DNA of 63,171 bases, filler included, from Diploschistes diacapsis (GCA_023645945.1; 9 parts of 9 records of this genome joined end to end with filler, not necessarily neighbours in it); one strand, 5' to 3'; positions 50,586 through 63,171 are shown, numbered from the whole stretch's first letter. A program made the numbers and translations. Notes: generated by a model from the sequence alone, not told the origin.

Positions 50586-51795
50586 CTAGGCGAGAAGTGT
50601 CAAGCCCCCTGTTCTTGAATTAGCTCTAATGCTGAACATGGCAATGAAGTTCAACGAGAAAAAACAATATATATTGCTTGGGAATAAAGTGAAAAAGAGA
50701 ACGTGCCATCAATTTTGATATCAGCACCTGTGATGTAGCTTCCGGCCTGGCTACATAGCATGATAACAACACCAGCCAACTCGTCAGCTCTTCCCATCCG
50801 GCCCATGGGCGTCCTTGAGATCCAAACCCTCCTCGACTGATCAAGCGCCTCGCCCTCGTTCAGGATGGTGTCCATGTATCCGGGGCTGATGCAATTCACT
50901 CTGATTCCATAGCAGGCCCACTCTGCAGCTAGGCAATGAGTCATGTGTACGATTCCGGCCTTCGAGACGTTGTAAGCTAGCTGCGGCTGAGGAAAGTTGA
51001 CCTGATGGGCGGAGGTTGAGGCAATGAAGACGATGGAACGGTTGAATATCCTATGATCCGAGGACTTCAAGTCAATCATAGTCTTCGCAACGGCCTTTGC
51101 AACAAGAAAGGCTCCCGTTGTATTGACGTTCTGAACCTGTCTCCACTTATCTGCGGTAATATTAAGAGCATGATCGCAGTGAACTATACCAGCGCAGCAT
51201 AAAAGCATGTCTATCCGCTTGAAGTGTAAAAGTATAGCTTCAATATTTTCCGTGATCTTTGCTTCATCGGTAGTATCGACGTTGAAGAACAACACATCAG
51301 CCAAAGGGAAATCTCCCCGTAAACTATCAAGCTTCTCGTTTGGCAGCTCGACAACATCGAATATAGCGAGGTTCCGTAATCCATGTTCAAGCAGCGCTCT
51401 TGCAGACTCCGAGCCGAGGATTCCTAGGCCACCAGTCACTGACCAACATCATACCGAGTCAGCGTCTGACGCGAGAATGGTTGAAGACGTCCTTCATGCC
51501 GCGATTAGATGCCATCGTGTGAACCTTTGGATCTAACATGCCATTCAAAGACCAGCCAAGGCGGTCACGAAGAACAGAGACCCATCATCGATAGAGCTTA
51601 AGCACTTATTGTCTAGGAAAGGAGAAAGAGAGGGCGAAACAAACCGAGTGCGGTCCTGCCGGCCACGGAAAATCTTGCAACAGCCCTAGACTCAGGCCTA
51701 TATGGAGAGCTGGTAGCTGCAAAGGAGGGGTCGATAGGGTCCATACCATCTCCCAACCTCATCTGAGCAATTTCTTTTTGAGGTACGTGAGGCAT
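50586..51795 (-). CDS. SDR, D-arabinitol 2-dehydrogenase/sorbose reductase-like; predicted GC-AG final intron
   Basis: VTGGLGILG, NFPQPQLAYNVSK, RVNCISPGYMDTILNEG, TPMGRMG and IDG|GLTLLA*. Confidence 0.88.
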
Positions 51796-52649
51796 GGTGA
51801 TCTCGACCAAAGGTTGATGCGCAAACGGACGGAGGAAGCAGTTCGACTCCGGAGCAGGTACTGCGCCGCTCTTTCAGCGCATATAGTGTGTCTGCCAAGC
51901 CGTTTAGCTCATCTCTAGTTCCCATAGTAATTTGTATGCATTACATATATAAGCCACAGCTGACACTGTCGCAAGAAGGTTATCTAGATATTGATGATCT
52001 AGATAGCCTGAAAAGCGACGCATTAAGCTCTGAAAAAGAGGTCTGAAATGTACGGAGAGATGTCAAAATCAGAATATAAAATATTGGGTGTTGCTGTGAT
52101 ATCGCTGTCACATGATTAACATCTATGTCCCATTTATGAAATCTAAGACACCGCTCATACAAATTTGTATGGGACCTAACTTAAGAGTGTTATGCAAAAT
52201 AATTATCAGCCCTACAGATTTGTATCTGCTCCGGGGTCGAACTGCACCTCAAGCCATTATTGTTCCAGCGGTGTGTGATTTTGCAGGTATATGGAAAAAT
52301 GCTTGACGTGCTTTTACTAGAAGATGCTACTCTGGTGACAGCGTTCTAGATATAAGCCTCAATGATCACCCTTGTCATCATCGCGCAGTCTCCGTCTGAA
52401 AACAACAATTTGAGCGGCACAGAAATCCTTCCACGGGCTGCCCTGGGCAATGCACGATGTGCACAATGGGACGCATTGCGAGTTGGATTCAACCCGTTGC
52501 TCAGCTTTTTTTGGTGGCTGCTCGTTAGAGTCGTCGCGACGGTAGCGTTGGCTTCCAGAGGATTTTAAGTGTGAGTTCATGCGCTCATACACTTGGGGAG
52601 AGCTTATTTTTCCTCTTAGGTTCTGCCTGATATGCGAGCATTCGATTAT

Positions 52650-53445
52650 CATATTACTAGCATTCCTTCCTTTTGTCACATCAGAACGCTACTACCCAGA
52701 CGGCACGAGTGCGACAAATAACTAGCCCTGCAACCCCAGCGCGAAGAAAGCGTCTGCTGCGCATCCGGCACAATATGCACTGCTGACGGTATATATCTGG
52801 ACCTAGAGCCCGGCAACAGCGAGTACAATCGGGGCGCCTGCACTGACAAGTCATGGAACGACCCTGCTTGCCCGACGTTCTGCAAAGAATGTGAGTTAAA
52901 CCCATTGCACCGCTACCGCGGAGTACTCCTGGGGGCCTTAAGAGTTCAGTCCTCCTGACAAAGTCCAGAGCGAACTCGAATTTTTTCTCAAACATGGCTT
53001 CATGCGGCAACCAAGGCACCTTCCTTTGTCAGTGCAATTCCTCCGCCTGCTCCAATTGACAATCGGATTTCCATCGGCCTTCCAGTTCCTTACGCCGTTC
53101 CCAGCTCCAGCGGCGCTAGTAAAATAACCACAGGAATTGCGATTATAACCTCTGGCGGTAGCACGGTCACGGTGGCGCTAGCAACGAGTTCGCCGGTTAA
53201 TGGTTCCGCCGGCTGCTACGGGCTCCGTGCATGGTCCCTCGCAGACTGGGGCTGCAACGTTGTCTCTCAAGTCGTCTAGTGGGGGCTTAGACGAAGGCGC
53301 AAAGATTGGTATCGGTGTTGGCGTATCATTGGGCGTGCTCTTCCTTGGTGCAGCGGCCGTGGCGGGATTCTTGTTAGGAAGAATGAGCTCAAGGAAAGAC
53401 GGCGTTAATGGAGAACAATCATACCATGGCTATGATACGACGTGA
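52650..53445 (+). pseudogene. Disrupted Cys-rich ectodomain/Ser-Thr stalk/single-TM (Mid2-like) cell-surface protein
   Basis: YYPDGT..*PC.., a frameshift, CCASGTIC..RGACTDKSWNDPACPTFC, then GAKIGIGVGVSLG TM. Confidence 0.7.
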
Positions 53446-54151
53446 TGCGGGATATGTCAAGGTCAAAATTGGTATCCGTCGCCGGGAGTGCCAATGGGGA
53501 TTTCCATCGAAGCCGGTAGTTGGTTCACGGTAGGGGTATAACTCCATAGTGGAGGCGGAGGCAAGGACGCCGAGGACGGGGTTGTCGGACGATGGAAGGA
53601 ACGAGCTGTACGGTTAAGCATAGTTTGCCCAAGTGATGGAGCGTAACGAAGCCCCTGGGGAAATACTTGCATTTAGCATACGGCGTTCGATATTTAAGGG
53701 AAGATGGGGATGAGCGGAACATCCCAAAAGAAAGAATGCCAACCAGTTCGTTGATGACTTGATAAATTATTCTCTTGAAAGCATATATCAGAGATAAATT
53801 TTGTACAGTGTCAAGTACACATGATCGTGACTTTTGAGCTGTTAAGTTGCCTGCAATGCTATATGCAGTAGGAAAAAAGCCTTCAATAGGTGTGTATTTG
53901 CGTGTATTACACGTGCTTTATGTTTTTAAGAGCTTAAAAGACGCTTCAGAGGACACTTGCCTGAGAGTTCAGGGGTGAACTTCAAACCCTTTCTTGTTTT
54001 ATAATTCATCCGAAATATCTTTCGAGCTGCTATAAAGCATACAGTATATAAGCATACAGTAATGTCCGAAAAGGCTCACTAAAAAAGTGAATTCTGCTTC
54101 ACCCACGCGGATGGCAGCCACACGTTTTGCTGCCAGCCAGACGTTGGGAAA

Positions 54152-55020
54152 GTGATAAGGAATGGCTCGGAAGATCCTTATTTTGTTCTTCTACTGACAT
54201 GTCTGCCAAATCTTAGAGAGCTAGACTTTGGATCCTACAGTCTTGATTTTCCGCTTCTCACGTTGCCTTTAGAGTGCCTTGCAACATTGCATACCCTCAC
54301 CATCTTACCGCTCCCCTTAATGAATCTACTCCATGTGACTATCTGTCAGCCGAACATGGGTGGCTTCATTAGTGTTGATTTGGTTCGAGCATTCATTCGA
54401 ATACTCTCCGTACGTGTCATTTGTGGCCGTGCAATAGACGCTTAGGTATTCTGAAGGATGGGATACTGAGTCAGGGTTTTCTAAATCCAACCTAAAGCGC
54501 TTTCTGCTGGAAAGTAGCAGGGTAAGAGCTTCTATGGGGTTTTCCTGTTTGATTGTACCACTGATCTGGCGGATTTCAGGTATGAATTTGGATCGTCAAA
54601 TGTCGGAGGCAAAGAGTGGGAAGCCGAGCCCATTATCCAAGCTCCCATTTCAGCTACGATAACGTCCGTTTGACCAAGTCCCAAGCTCCCTACTGAAACT
54701 GACATCTGCTCCAGGTAGAAGCACCAACTCACTGCCCTGCCCTCAAAGGCTTCGAGAGACTCGAAAGTCTACACTGTGGATGGAGAGACATCGTGCCAGA
54801 TTCGGGTGAAGAGGATCTGGAGCCACACCAGAAGTACTGTTGCAGGGTTTTTACTCTCAAGCCGACGAATCTGATACGCCCTTATTTGGTCTATCATAAC
54901 CTCTACCTACTTCTCTCAAGACGCTTGAGCTCTATGCCTGTCCAATTGCGGAAATTGACGCTGTGATAATGATAATGGAATCGAAGCGTGAGTGCTTATC
55001 CAATCTTAAGACCATCTGGG
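54152..55020 (+). pseudogene. Decayed LRR/F-box-like gene fragment
   Basis: LLLTCLPNLRELDF and other LxxL patches broken by stops. Confidence 0.3.
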
Positions 55021-58000
55021 TTTGCGGCACGGTCTGGAGATAGAAGAACTGACGCTTAGGAAAGGTCCCAAGTGGGAGTCCCTACTCACTTCTATTGGGC
55101 CCTGTGAGCTCTGTAATTGTCTAAAGGAGCAAACTGGTGCTGTGTCATGGATGTCAGGAACGAAGGATGAGTGGCTACCCAATCTTAAACCATTTGGGTT
55201 TGGGGTGGCGACTATCGTTGGGAGATTAAAGAGCTAGCGCTGAGGAGAGGTCCTGAGTACAAGTCCCAATTCTCAGCATATTATGAGATCTTTAGCATAT
55301 AATTGGAGAAGTTGGATGCCGCCACTTGCTGTGACCAGCACTGAATTGACAATGCATAGCCCATGGTCCTTGCATGAAAGTATGAGCGTTCATTATCTAA
55401 AGGACTGAAGGTCGATTCCTGCCACCCACCGACGTGTACTGTCTTCTCAGATAATATCCGATCAGACATACCGCAACCTTAAGAGCTTGACAGGCCGCTT
55501 CCAACGTACATAACGGTGTCCAAAGTGGATGGGCATTCTGCATATTCAAAGGGGATGTGATACGCCATCCGATAGATGCAGACTAGACATCGTCCTAAGT
55601 TCTATTTACTAGTTTAGCTTACAGGCCGAAGCGCCTTGGAGGACATTTAGTATGTGCAAATCATATAGCTATCTCAGAGGCATCTATCACCGGCCAAGCT
55701 TCTTCGTAGCAGCATCCTTGTTCTTTGTCAATCGTCTTCCACGCACTCTCTATCCTAGCACTCTTCTTCTGCTGCTCTATATTTGGCTTCTCCCTACAAG
55801 GCTTGTAGTTTCCGTTCACAACCCACCAGACACGCTGAGCGTATCCACGATTTTGCCTTACACACGCGGGGCCCGGATCCTTGTCCCATTTCTTTCAAGT
55901 AAGCGACCATGAGATCCGCAGTCCTTTGGTGCTGCGCGTCCTGATCGTTCTGCTTCTTCCCGTTCTTGCCCTGATCCCTGGCGGCTTTTTTTTGCCAGCG
56001 TGCTCCAGGGCTTTGCTGAGAGATTTGCCCGCTCCGGAAAGGGCGGAATCTAGGAAAGAGAACTGTGGGAAAGAGTGGAGAGCAAGGGGGCGATGTCGCG
56101 AAAATCCAAGGGAAGACCGTCGGGGCTGGAACGGAAATGCGCAGGATCGGGAGGGGGGAATTGAAGACCGAATGCTCCACTTGCTATCTCCCTTGAGTTC
56201 AGCCCAAAAGCGATTTCCTGAAAGTAGATTGGCGGAGTGTAGGGATAAGATCTCGGATATGCCCCCATCTGCATGAGATTTTATATCTGAGTCGGGGCAA
56301 TCCGCCGACCGGTCCACCGAGTTTGCTGATGTGCTGCAGAGCGATGGAAGCGCGCTGAATAGACAAACAAGGGGTATTGATATCAAAAGTGGCTAGAGCG
56401 AGAAGAACATGATCAAGAACTCAGATAGAAGGCCTTAGCTTGATTGTAGCCTGCTACCGACCAAACCCTTTGAGGCGGCCAGAAAAACGACGAATAGAGA
56501 TTCATATAAATAGAACCAAAGCTGCATTGAACGAAGATTGATCAAATGGAAATGCGAGTGAAAATGCTGATTTATCTTACCTGGCAGTAACAATGGGATT
56601 GAGTCTACTGTATATGAGAGCTAAGTGTCTCCCCACCCCCCCCATCTAAGGTAAATCGGCACATCTGCCGCTTCGGGCAATATAAAAAACCTCGCCGCCC
56701 TCACCCATCTCGTCGCGCGACCTGGGTGTCCAACACCCAGCCCCGGTGACGCTGCTCACCCATCGTAACCCTTCCATCCCTCAGTGCTAGTGACCACCCT
56801 CCGCCCGCCTCGACCAATCTGCTTCTCATCTCCTCCGTGGTCAACATCTCCACTGGTGACATATGGATCTGTTTCTGGCTCGCAGGAACCTGCTTCTTGG
56901 GCCAGCCAGCCAGCAAGCGGAGCCAAAATTGGCTCCCCAAGAACCGGCGTCCGAAACGCTGAAGAGAGATCCGTTCCCGGATTCCTTTTTCCCTCTCTAC
57001 TGCCACTCTTCTCTCGTCTCTTTTCTTGTTCCTTCCTCCTCTCACTCAGCTCCCTTACCCGATCTTCGCCTCATCTCCTCGTTCCGTTGCTCGTTTGCGT
57101 TTTCCTCTCTACCCTTGTGTTCTATTTCCCCTATAGAGTTCGGCTGTCACCACCGGTTTTCCTTCTTTGCTGTGGGCAAAAAGCGTACTGCTGAAGAGTA
57201 CCATGAGACACCTGATGCTAATGGCTGGGAAGAGGGTGCTAGCGAGGAAGAAGATTACGTGGTCCTCGAATAAGATAAACCGTCCGGCAGGTACAAGTTG
57301 AATCAGTAGAAGGCTTTGAATCAGTGGATAACGTGAGATTTCCCGGCCCAACCGTTGAGCTGGCGGTGTTCTCTCTTTTCAATTCCGCTGACGGTACGAA
57401 ACCCAGTTTTATATCCTGTAAAGAAATCTCAACCTCCCAGGAGTCGCCGTTGGTACCTAGTGTTGCAATTCAATGAGGGTAAGTGGGCATCAGCCAAAAC
57501 CCTGAAAATGCCAAGAAGGAGCTTCTTTTGGCTCTTTTTCCAGATCTCGCAGCACAGCCGTACAGTAACCGACAAGGCAGCTCTTTGGAGTTCTTGGAAG
57601 CCGAAAGAGGTTCGCCCAGTGGCGACGAGTCCAAACCTCTCTTTTGTCCGGGTTTGTCCGCGGAGCGCTGCGCATTAATGAGTGGGAGATGGGCCTGAAA
57701 TGGCCACAACCCCCTCTGCCAGTTTTAGGCGACTCTCAGATGCCCTTTCTGTGCTTTTTCTTTCCTAGGGTGTAGGCAAGTCCGGCGTCCACTGCCTACA
57801 AATGTCACGGCAGTGTTGGAAGCCTGAGGTGAACGGATTGCATTGTCTAAGAGAACAGAAACTTGCATAGTGTATACAAGGGAGCGAGGGCCTGACCTGA
57901 TAGATATACACCAGGCTGGCCCCAAGCCCTGAGCCCTAAACCCTACGCGAAGGCGTAGGGCAGAAAGGCCTAATGGTGACGACATCAGGCGGTCGAGGTC

Positions 58001-58339
58001 AGGGAATGCCCAAAGTAGGGCCGAAGGCAATGGGCGATGGCAGTCCTGCGACAATAGCACATTGATTGATTCGGGAATTCAAACGAGGGTCATAGGAGGG
58101 TCCCATTTCGGTATTTCGGTGCTCTTAACGAGACTGCCAATTTCCACAGGCCGTGGCTCTTGGGGACCCGAATCAACCAAACAGTTGATTCAGTACAGGA
58201 TGACCTTAGATACCTGTGACTCGCAAAATCTGTGTTCGGAATTTCTACGCGGTTCAAGGCGGGATAAATTGACGCCGAGCTTCACCACGACGCTCACCTG
58301 CCCCGCTGCTTTTAAGCTCCCCCGCATGACAGATACGCA

Positions 58340-58637
58340 TTGCCCTACCCACGGGCTACCCAACCCAGCCCGGCCCTATACCCACGCCGGGCTGGGTATG
58401 GGCTCGATTTTCGAACCCGAAAACCATCCTGGGTGGGCTGAAATGATTCTAAACCCAGCCCTACAACCATCGGTGCGCCCGCCAAGAAAAAGACCTTAAT
58501 ATACTAAGATTACAGCTTGAATACCAAAAATACTTCGAGATACAGCCTAAATACGATAATTACGGGTATGGGTACAACAAATTTCGAGCCCAATGGGTAA
58601 GCCCAACAAAACCCAGCCCATATGGGGTACCCACGGG
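58340..58637. repeat. ACCCA/TGGGT-rich terminal region of a probable DNA transposon (hAT-like), at contig end
   Basis: TACCCACGGG occurs twice; a perfect 12-bp inverted repeat lies at 58363-58374 and 58386-58397. Confidence 0.5.
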
Positions 58638-58737
58638 NNNNNNNNNNNNNNNNNNNNNNNNNNNNNNNNNNNNNNNNNNNNTTAATTAATTAANNNNNNN
58701 NNNNNNNNNNNNNNNNNNNNNNNNNNNNNNNNNNNNN
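58638..58737. other. Artificial contig-joining spacer
   Basis: N44-TTAATTAATTAA-N44. Confidence 0.99.
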
Positions 58738-59092
58738 GTGGTGAGGAGGGGGGTTTGGATAAGTCTTGGGTGGGGTTTTCGGGAGTCGGGCTATTGGAGA
58801 CGGGGGATGGGTGGCTCACTCGTTTAATATGTATAGCTTTTCGGCGGATGTGTCTTGTTCGAGGAGCTTGGACGTTACTTTGCGCTCGGCGGCTAGCACG
58901 ATGCCGTCGTTGGCGAGGATGCCGATTGCGGTTCCGGCGAGCGAGATGGCTTCGAGGGCATATTCGACTTGGTAGAGGCGGCCTTCGGGGGAGAATATGG
59001 TAGTCTGAGTGCTGGGGTTAGCAGCTGCTCAGGCAAGAGCTTGGTAAGTATATCGGGAGCTCGCTCACCCTCGAATCGTATCTTCGTGACAT
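58738..59092 (-). CDS. PRE9: 20S proteasome subunit alpha-3, 5' exons (3'-truncated)
   Basis: [56 protein letters not shown]. Confidence 0.96.
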
Positions 59093-59757
59093 CGTATGGG
59101 ATAGTTATATGGAGCTTCCGTAGAGTGAAAGGAATAGAGAAAAATGGATTTGAGAGGTTACTGGGGCCCACTTTATTGGGTCGGCGAGATGCTGTTTGCT
59201 CAATTCTTGCGGCAAGACCTTGCTTGCTGAAGCTTCAAGCTCCGGCCAGGCAGTCGGATTCTACGCGGCTACGGCTACTACGGCTACACCAAGCGAGCGC
59301 CAAGACCCGTTGGATACCCGATAAAGATAAGCTCGGGCCGATATCAGAAGAATATGGGGAAGACTGGTAATTGACTCCATATTGAACAATTTGCCATTGC
59401 TGTAAACTCCATATCCCAAATTTGGAAGTAACTTCCTACACATTCAATGAAAAGAGCCTTGTACAATGGCAAAGCTTTCCAATAATTTGCTAGTTATGGC
59501 TGCTCATTTCAAATTACCTTCAAGACCGAAATTCGTATTCCAACACGGTATGATGTTATTTAAGGCAAATCCAAAGGATAAAGCATGTTGCGCCCCCGAG
59601 CTGCCCCCCGCCTATTCAAGGTTCACAACTGAACGATCTAGGCCAGACTATGACTCTGCTGCTGTCATTTGCAGTTGTGAGCGTGTTCTTGCATCGCCTA
59701 GTCTGAAAAAGCTTCACAGTCTGTTCCATGGTTTGAATTGTCGCTTCTCTCACGAAC

Positions 59758-60571
59758 TCAACTCCCCAATAGTTGGCTCACTTCAGCCTGAACGAGAACA
59801 AGTCGGCGCGTCAATTTCTTGACCTGGTTTTGGAGAAGTTCTGGAGAGCTCGCATTTGACCCTTTGGTGAGTGCTGTCAGCTGCGCCTTTATGTCGCTTT
59901 TCAATTCTGCTTTTTGTCCCGCGAGGCTGTAGTCCAAATGCTCGAGGCAAGTTTCAAGTAGATCGTCAAAAACCGCCTTGAGATGCTGCTGGCCAGTCTC
60001 CGCAAGTTTTTGGTCAAATTTTCCATCAAGACTGGCAGCCAAGCTTTTATTTGATTTCGCGATCTCTGAGACCATAACAATGCGGACGAACTGTTCCAGA
60101 GTTGTAGAATGACTTCTCAAAGCATCGACAGCTTGAGAACATTTGCCACTGTTGTCAAGTTCCGTTTCGTCCGAAAGCGATCGATTCAACTCTTGGCTCG
60201 TTTTCGAACATTCCTGCGCATGCTCAGTTCGCTTGACGGAGACAACTGATCAGATATGAGAAATTCATTAATGCTACTTACCGAGCTTGAAGCTTAGGTG
60301 GCAACGACGAGCCACGGCCACGCTTAGAAGACGGGTTCAAAGAGCATTTGTGCTTTCCACTTAGGCCCTTGGACGTACAATATGCACAATTCAGCCGCTT
60401 GTCCGGCTTGAGACAGGGTTTGCTGTCCATCCGACAAGCGCGACACTTCTTCTCTTCTGGCAACAGCAGTAGTCCTGGGAACTCATCTAGCATGCGTTGT
60501 ACACACTTGTGGTGGCCGCTCACGCCCCGAGCCCAAACGGGGTATGAGACGGGTACTTGAATCACTGACAT
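59758..60571 (-). CDS. Hypothetical protein with a Cys6 (Zn2Cys6-like) motif and coiled region; splicing uncertain
   Basis: CRACRMDSKPCLKPDKRLNCAYC..C, a GTAAGT donor near 60281 and a downstream helical ORF. Confidence 0.4.
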
Positions 60572-61492
60572 TGGGATGAAGGAGAGTCGTCACACAGGTC
60601 TCGCGTCTAGCTAAGGTCAGTGTGCCGACAATGAAACAGTCCTTGTCAGAAACTCCTGGAGCAGCGGTTCCTTAACCGTTCTTTCTCAAGCACGATAAAG
60701 GCCTCGTTATTTCAATGAAAATATGCTCATCAAGAAACTTTGCATACCTGTGTTATGGAGTGGAAGTAAGATGGACAAGAATCCCGCAAGGTTTGGCTTC
60801 GAACAAGTAGGCAGATTATAAACAGGGAAGAAGTTGCAATTACATTGACAAAGAGGAAGAGGTGATCGGAAAACAAAACAACAAGCAAAAGGTGGGAGCA
60901 CTGCATCACGGTTTTTGCAGGTAGACTCATCTTGTAAGTCTCTAGGATACTTGCGTGCATTCAATTGTGACAGGTCATAAAGACCATTCTTGCCAACCAC
61001 CGCAATTGGTTCCTTATGGATATTGGCTCTCCGTGTTCTCGGGCTCGCGAACTCCTTTATCGGGCTGATCAACAGCCACGTGGGCACCCGTCTCGTAATC
61101 CAAGGGATAGACACAATAGAACGGCAGCAGACTGTTTCGACCTGCAGACTTTATATTTCGTGATTGTTCAGCCATTTCAGGCTTCTTAGTGCAAAAATCA
61201 AAAGGACTTCCTCGTAAGAGTCAGGCGTAGCAGTCTCATGCATGCCGTTTGATGCTAATGTTCATGATAAGAGTCAATACAGAGCCTTCAAGTAGCCATG
61301 GATACTCGCCGTTATTGTGTGTCTGCATGGCCCAACCACCATACAGAGTTGTCCTGGCTTAGTATAGGTGTGGTTGAGCGTGAGGTAGGATTTTCTTGAC
61401 GCCGGAAAATCTTCGGTCCCCAAATTTTGCCCCATCTTTAGTCCACCAGCCAACTCCTAAAGATTGAATTGAGACTTGACGCAGCAGCAGCG

Positions 61493-63171
61493 ATGCTAAG
61501 GTCGACTCACAAAGTTGCGCCTGGCGCAGCGCCTTTGCCAGAAGGCTGGACCGAGCACAAAGCTCCAACGGGTAAGCTCCACTTGATGTGCTCTCCAATG
61601 CAACGCAACTTATGAATGTCTTAGAGCTCTGCTGAAGTGCGTGATATGTAGGCCATTCATATTATTATAATGCTACGACGAAAACTTCGACCTACATTCG
61701 CCCAACGGCTCCCGTAGAAATCCATATCGAGCCTGCTGCTCCCTTGTTAACAGACCAACCACCAACTTTACAAAACTATGGCTTTCAAACTGGCTATGGC
61801 GCACAACCATTTCCCAACACCCTTGGAGTCAATGGGGGTGGTCCTCAAAGTTTTCAGCACCAGCGACGAGAACCTAGACCTGAACCTAAAGATAGACCAC
61901 GATCCAAGCAAGCTATACCTGGCTGCTCGCCATGGCTCTTAGTCAAGACGAAGCTCGGCCGACGGTTCGTGTACAACCCCGACCAAGGCGAGAGCTTTTG
62001 GAAGTTTCCCCCAGATGTTCTCAAGTGTGTGGTGGAGCTCGATCGGAAGGAGCGCGAACGCAGGGAACGCCGCGAGCGGGGCGAGCCTAGTGAATCGGAA
62101 AAAGAGGAGGAGGTCTCGCCTGAAAAGGCCGAGAAGGAATTTGATAGTGAAGAGTATGAAGAAGTCGAAGTCACGGATGACGAAGAAGGCAAAGGGGGAA
62201 ATAAACGATTGAAAACCGAAGAAGACAAGCCTGAAGGGCCGGTAGAGTTCAACGAAGATGATATCGCGTACCAACTCGCCCAGATGGGCCAAGGCGAAGA
62301 AGACTATGGGGAAGACCAAGGAGCCTGGGTCGAAGACTACGAAGAACCGCCGCTGGAGGAGGAAGACTCCGAAGCTCTATTCACGGACCTGCTCAACGAC
62401 TTCCACATCAACCCCTACACACCGTGGGAGAATATCATCGAGGAAGGTATAATCATAGATGATCCCAGGTACATTTGCCTTACAACCATGAAAGCGCGAC
62501 GCGAGGTCTTCGACAAATGGAGCCGCAACCGAATACAGCAACTCAAGGAACAGCGCGAAAAGCAAGAAAAGAAGGACCCGCGAATCGCCTACTTCGCCTT
62601 CCTCGAGAAGAACGCGACGCCGAGACTCTACTGGCCCGAGTTCAAGCGCAAGTACAAGAAAGAGCCCGAAATGCGCGATACCAAGCTCTCCGACAAGGAT
62701 CGAGAGAAGGCCTACAGAGAGTACATCAACCGTAAGCTAGCGCCCTATCGATTCTCCCAATTTGATCGATATTTACAATGATACAGGCCTCAAGCTCCCC
62801 CTCCCGACCCTAAAATCCGACCTCTCCGCCCTCCTCAAGTCCCAACCCCTCCACCTGCTCAACCGCTCCACAAGCCTCTCCGCCCTCCCCACCGCCATCC
62901 TAACGGATCTCCGCTACACCTCGCTCCGCGCCTCGGACCGGGATCCGCTGATCGAAGCATACATAACCCTTCAACCGCCTGCGCCGGAGCCGACAGAATC
63001 CTCGGCGGACGAGGTTGCCGAGGCGCTGCGGACAAAGGCAGAACGGGAGAGGCGGGAGCTGGCGCTGAGGGAGAGGGAGAGGAAGGTGGAGGAGGAGAGG
63101 AAGAGGAGGGAGGGGAGGGAGAGGTATAGCAAGGGGATGCTGAGAGAGGGGGAGCAGGAGGTTAGCAGGGC
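61493..63171 (+). CDS. WW/FF-domain transcription elongation/splicing factor (TCERG1/CA150-like), 3'-truncated
   Basis: PLPEGWTEHKAPT|GHSYYYN..STYIRP (WW), WLLVKTKLGRRFVYNP..SFWKFP and FF-like INPYTPWE..DPRY. Confidence 0.9.

Noticed and set aside
4464..58737. Regularly spaced TTAATTAATTAA palindromes as a biological repeat or array
   Set aside because: Each is centred in N runs of identical length, so it is an assembly linker.
1..63171. CRISPR arrays, rRNA genes, intact tRNAs and telomere repeats
   Set aside because: None seen in this fungal nuclear sequence.

Overview
Eukaryotic DNA from a filamentous ascomycete (Pezizomycotina-type short introns, RIP-like mutation). The window is not a contiguous locus. 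It is nine contigs joined by eight artificial 100-nt spacers (N44-TTAATTAATTAA-N44), with lengths 4463, 4462, 4458, 4456, 4442, 4439, 4435, 26782 and 4434 bp, so gene adjacency across spacers means nothing. Housekeeping genes: RPS8, CAP/SRV2, PRE9, a cohesin-loader (Scc4-like) gene, a WW/FF TCERG1-like gene and an EHT1-like hydrolase. Accessory enzymes: three SDRs, an Ayg1-like hydrolase, MBOAT, PAF-AH-like hydrolase, MpaB-like oxygenase, acyltransferase-3, S10 carboxypeptidase, FAD monooxygenase and a peroxisomal FMN hydroxy-acid oxidase. Repeats: RIP-degraded Tc1/mariner, chromoviral Gypsy and pogo/Fot1 elements, plus MITEs. Three observations stand out. (1) A stop-codon-inactivated DUF3435-like tyrosine recombinase with a C-terminal zinc finger (Starship 'captain' type) at 34825-37337 sits beside a 5'-truncated GH71 glucanase. 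(2) An intact, intron-bearing gene at 2525-3604 fuses a degenerate RNase HI domain to a Copia-protease-like beta-barrel. (3) The repeats carry an extreme RIP-like signature that spares CpG. All calls come from motif recognition by eye, not database searches.
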